From: Callorhinchus milii
Lineage: Eukaryota
Assembly: GCF_018977255.1 (NCBI RefSeq)
Contig: NW_024704742.1
Location: 31,188,001-31,252,000, forward strand
DNA length: 64,000 nt
Direction: 5' to 3'
The notes below the pieces were generated by a model. The model saw only the letters and a program-made list of their open reading frames with translations. It made no database searches and was not told the DNA's origin. The translations under genes and the position numbers were made by a program. Of the stretch, positions 63,974 through 64,000 are shown piece after piece (the first letter of the stretch is position 1; each line of letters opens with the position of its first letter).

Positions 63974-64000
63974 ATTGCTGAATTCCTGCAGAAAGATGGA

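Overview
Vertebrate genomic DNA, most likely a cartilaginous fish (chimaera/elephant-shark-like, inferred from the SINE/L2/CR1 repeat complement). It is not a prokaryotic region. The first ~16 kb holds the last six coding exons of a + strand glycerol-3-phosphate acyltransferase gene, best called GPAT3/AGPAT9: exons 870-985, 3107-3162, 5384-5469, 6908-7036, 10048-10127 and 13150-13246, all GT-AG and in phase, followed by a probable ~2.8 kb 3' UTR. The remaining ~48 kb has no recognisable host gene. It consists of decayed L2 and CR1 LINE fragments, several generations of tRNA-derived SINEs sharing an L2 tail, small DNA-transposon MITEs, and a few repeat-free islands that look like conserved non-coding elements (possibly the NKX6-type regulatory desert expected beside this gene). 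Nearly all listed long ORFs are LINE debris. I found no convincing new protein-coding system. The most unusual signals are a two-donor inverted templated insertion at 37.9-38.2 kb, a CpG-rich antisense insert in the last GPAT3 intron, chimeric LINE copies, and a visible SINE lineage with a LINE-shared 3' stem-loop. Repeat boundaries are estimated by eye.
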